Part shown: positions 61,901 to 64,000 of the stretch, piece by piece
Numbering within the stretch: position 1 is the stretch's first letter
Layout of the letters: every line of letters begins with the position of its first letter
NCBI GenBank assembly: GCA_040954595.2
Contig: CM082579.2
Coordinates: 306,922-370,921 of the forward strand
Direction of reading: 5' to 3'
From: Balanoglossus misakiensis
Taxonomy: Eukaryota; Animalia; Hemichordata
Length of the DNA: 64,000 nucleotides
Position numbers and translations under genes: made by a program
Notes under the pieces: model-generated
Told to the model about the DNA's origin: nothing
Database searches by the model: none
What the model saw: only the letters and a program-made list of their open reading frames with translations

Positions 61901-63843
61901 CCAAGGATTGTCTTGATGTTACAAAATCTACATGTACAGTCCAAGAATGGCTACAAGAAAGATTGCATAGAGGCATCTATCATTGTATCAACTGATCTGG
62001 ATTCATGCTAGGTTGGTCAAATTTCAACCAAAGACAACCTGACATGACTTTTACCTTGATAGTCTTGATGATGTTTCTCATAAGACAAACAGAACTCTAT
62101 AAACTTCATTAACATCCTCTTCTCCAGCATACTAACATACTTGCTACTAAATACATCTGACCTTGAACATGGAACCTGACGGTCAAATCAAGTCATATAT
62201 GTTTTGTGATGTTAATAATTTCAATCACACTTCCAAATACGACCTTGCACATTTTCACAGGATATCAGTTTGCTTTGCCACGCCTTACAGTCACATGGAG
62301 CAGATCATAAATATGTTTCAAGGACTCATTGGTAAACACAGACATAAGAACATGATAGATCAAAATGATTTATCTCTAAAAGAAATAAATGATGTAACTG
62401 TCAAGTGCACTCAGATAAAAACATAATTGCAGAAAGATTTAATATTGGCAACTGTAGAATGATATTATTAGTTTGGAAATTAACTCTACCTGCTCTATTT
62501 TTCCATTGAGGTGTGTTAAAATTCTTGTCACACATTTGAATTCTGCATAGCGGCTAATATTAGATGATATCAACAGTTCTACCAGTGATCCTCTTGAAAA
62601 TAAAACCTGGAATGGAAAGAAAAATAATTGTATGAAAATACAAAACCATCAGCAAGGATCTGGTTTCTGTTTTGACATGACTTCATTGAACTGTCATTTT
62701 TATCAATGATTAACTACTCTAGTGGACAGTATGCCAGATTATTCATTGACTCTTGCAAACACCTTTCACACAATGAATGAGTCAGGGTTCTAAGGTTAAT
62801 TATATAATGTATTACTGGTTTGAGTACACACAACTGTTCCATCATCATCAGATGCATTTTGAGGAACACTGAGGTGGTATTGAGATTTTAGTACTTTGAC
62901 TATTTAAGTCTGCAAACACTACATTTAGTCATTCTTCAGTGTAATGTCAGTCATAGTCATATTTTTAAGGACAAGGGTGTAAACAAGGTCATAGGCTGTA
63001 TTATTCTTCAGGAAAAACTAAATGCAAATACACACGGATCTGAAATTTACCTTTGGTGCTAAATCCACATTGAATCTTCTCCAATCTTTTTTAATATCTT
63101 CCATAGTCCATTCTTTCTTGTGTGATTTGCTTGGTAATCCTTTGATTTCCTCACCAGATGTTGTATTTGACACTCTACTATGACCGTGATAACTCTGAGT
63201 ATCATCACTGGCCACACCTTCTTTGGTTTCATCAATTCCAGTCTCTTCTCCATCCTTCTCTGTTATGCCTTTCACATTCTTTTCATCAACACTCTCATTT
63301 TCTGGCACATCACTCACAACTTTCCGTTCTGACTCCTCGGCATTGTCCTTTTCCGATACTTTTTCCGTACATTCCTTGTCTTTTCCTTGACTCTCCGGTT
63401 TATTCTCTTCTGAGAATGGAGTGTTGTCTCTAGCATCCACATCATCTGATGTCTCAGCCATTGTCGTCAAGCCAATCTCTTCCTCCACTTGATGCGTTCC
63501 TCCCACATCAGATTTCTGTAACAGATTCTCATCCTCTGAGTGTGTTCGTTCCTTCTTTTCTCTGAGAAAATGGCAACATGACGTGATTAGAAAATGTGGT
63601 TAGAGAAGAAATTCTCATTTCCACAGTATTAACCATATGATCAAATTCCCAAAATATACAACTGGTTATATTGTGAACGTGAATTAAAATTAAACTGACT
63701 TACTTGATGAAAGAGTAGACTTCCAAGTTTTGAATAGTATTTCCTTTGCTAGGCATATGAATCAAGAATTCCCCTTCACCAACTTCAAAGTTGTTGGTAT
63801 CAATGGTGGCCCCTGCTGTGTCTTCATCATCAGCTTCAGGATT
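58961..63843 (-). CDS. CHM: Rab escort protein (Rab geranylgeranyltransferase component A), 5' end outside window
   Basis: Exons ~63843-63704, 63561-63051, 62606-62490, 62175-62055, 61792-61677, 61470-61364, 61265-61188, 61032-60988, 60779-60720, 60593-60533, 60341-60248, 60020-59925, 59819-59631, 59401-58961 (TAA). Motifs [91 protein letters not shown] and [21 protein letters not shown]. The long acidic insert distinguishes REP from GDI. Confidence 0.95.
59200..59240 (-). repeat. 18-bp coding tandem duplication (EESSKG x2) in the CHM acidic tail
   Basis: ttccccctttgaactctc occurs twice in tandem. Confidence 0.85.
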
Positions 63844-64000
63844 CTACTCACAAATGTAAAAAAAAAAAATAACCCTCATCTTTAAGATTTTCCCAATATT
63901 ATTTCATTTGCAATGCTGTGATCACCCTCGTTTTTCTGATCCTCCGTAAATTTACAAATTGGACTTATAAGTGTATGCTTTGCATCCTCCCACATTTTTA

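Overview
Eukaryotic, intron-rich, AT-rich genomic DNA from an animal. Gene content and protein similarity suggest an invertebrate deuterostome, possibly a hemichordate or other ambulacrarian; this is an inference. Six protein-coding genes were assembled by hand from GT-AG exons: VWA3B-like (+, 5' end outside the window, stop 16579), AASDHPPT (-), HAND bHLH (-, two exons), a soluble epoxide hydrolase EPHX2-like gene (-), CWH43/PGAP2IP (+, head-to-head with EPHX2-like) and CHM/Rab escort protein (-, 5' end outside the window). HAND sits in a ~22 kb CpG-retaining, gene-free domain with candidate enhancers, while the flanking gene bodies look CpG-depleted. Several short non-autonomous DNA elements (mostly TTAA-flanked) and a (GGT)n(GAT)n microsatellite are present. 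Best leads: (1) the EPHX2-like enzyme has an intact catalytic triad but GHDCS for GHDWG, His for the second ring-opening Tyr, a mitochondrial-type presequence and no PTS1; (2) two 21-nt frame-preserving microexon candidates with UGC-rich upstream tracts in VWA3B; (3) a VWA3B with RS tracts and extra Tudor-like repeats; (4) a GGCGCC cluster downstream of HAND. No searches were run; exon boundaries were read by eye and may be off by a few nt.
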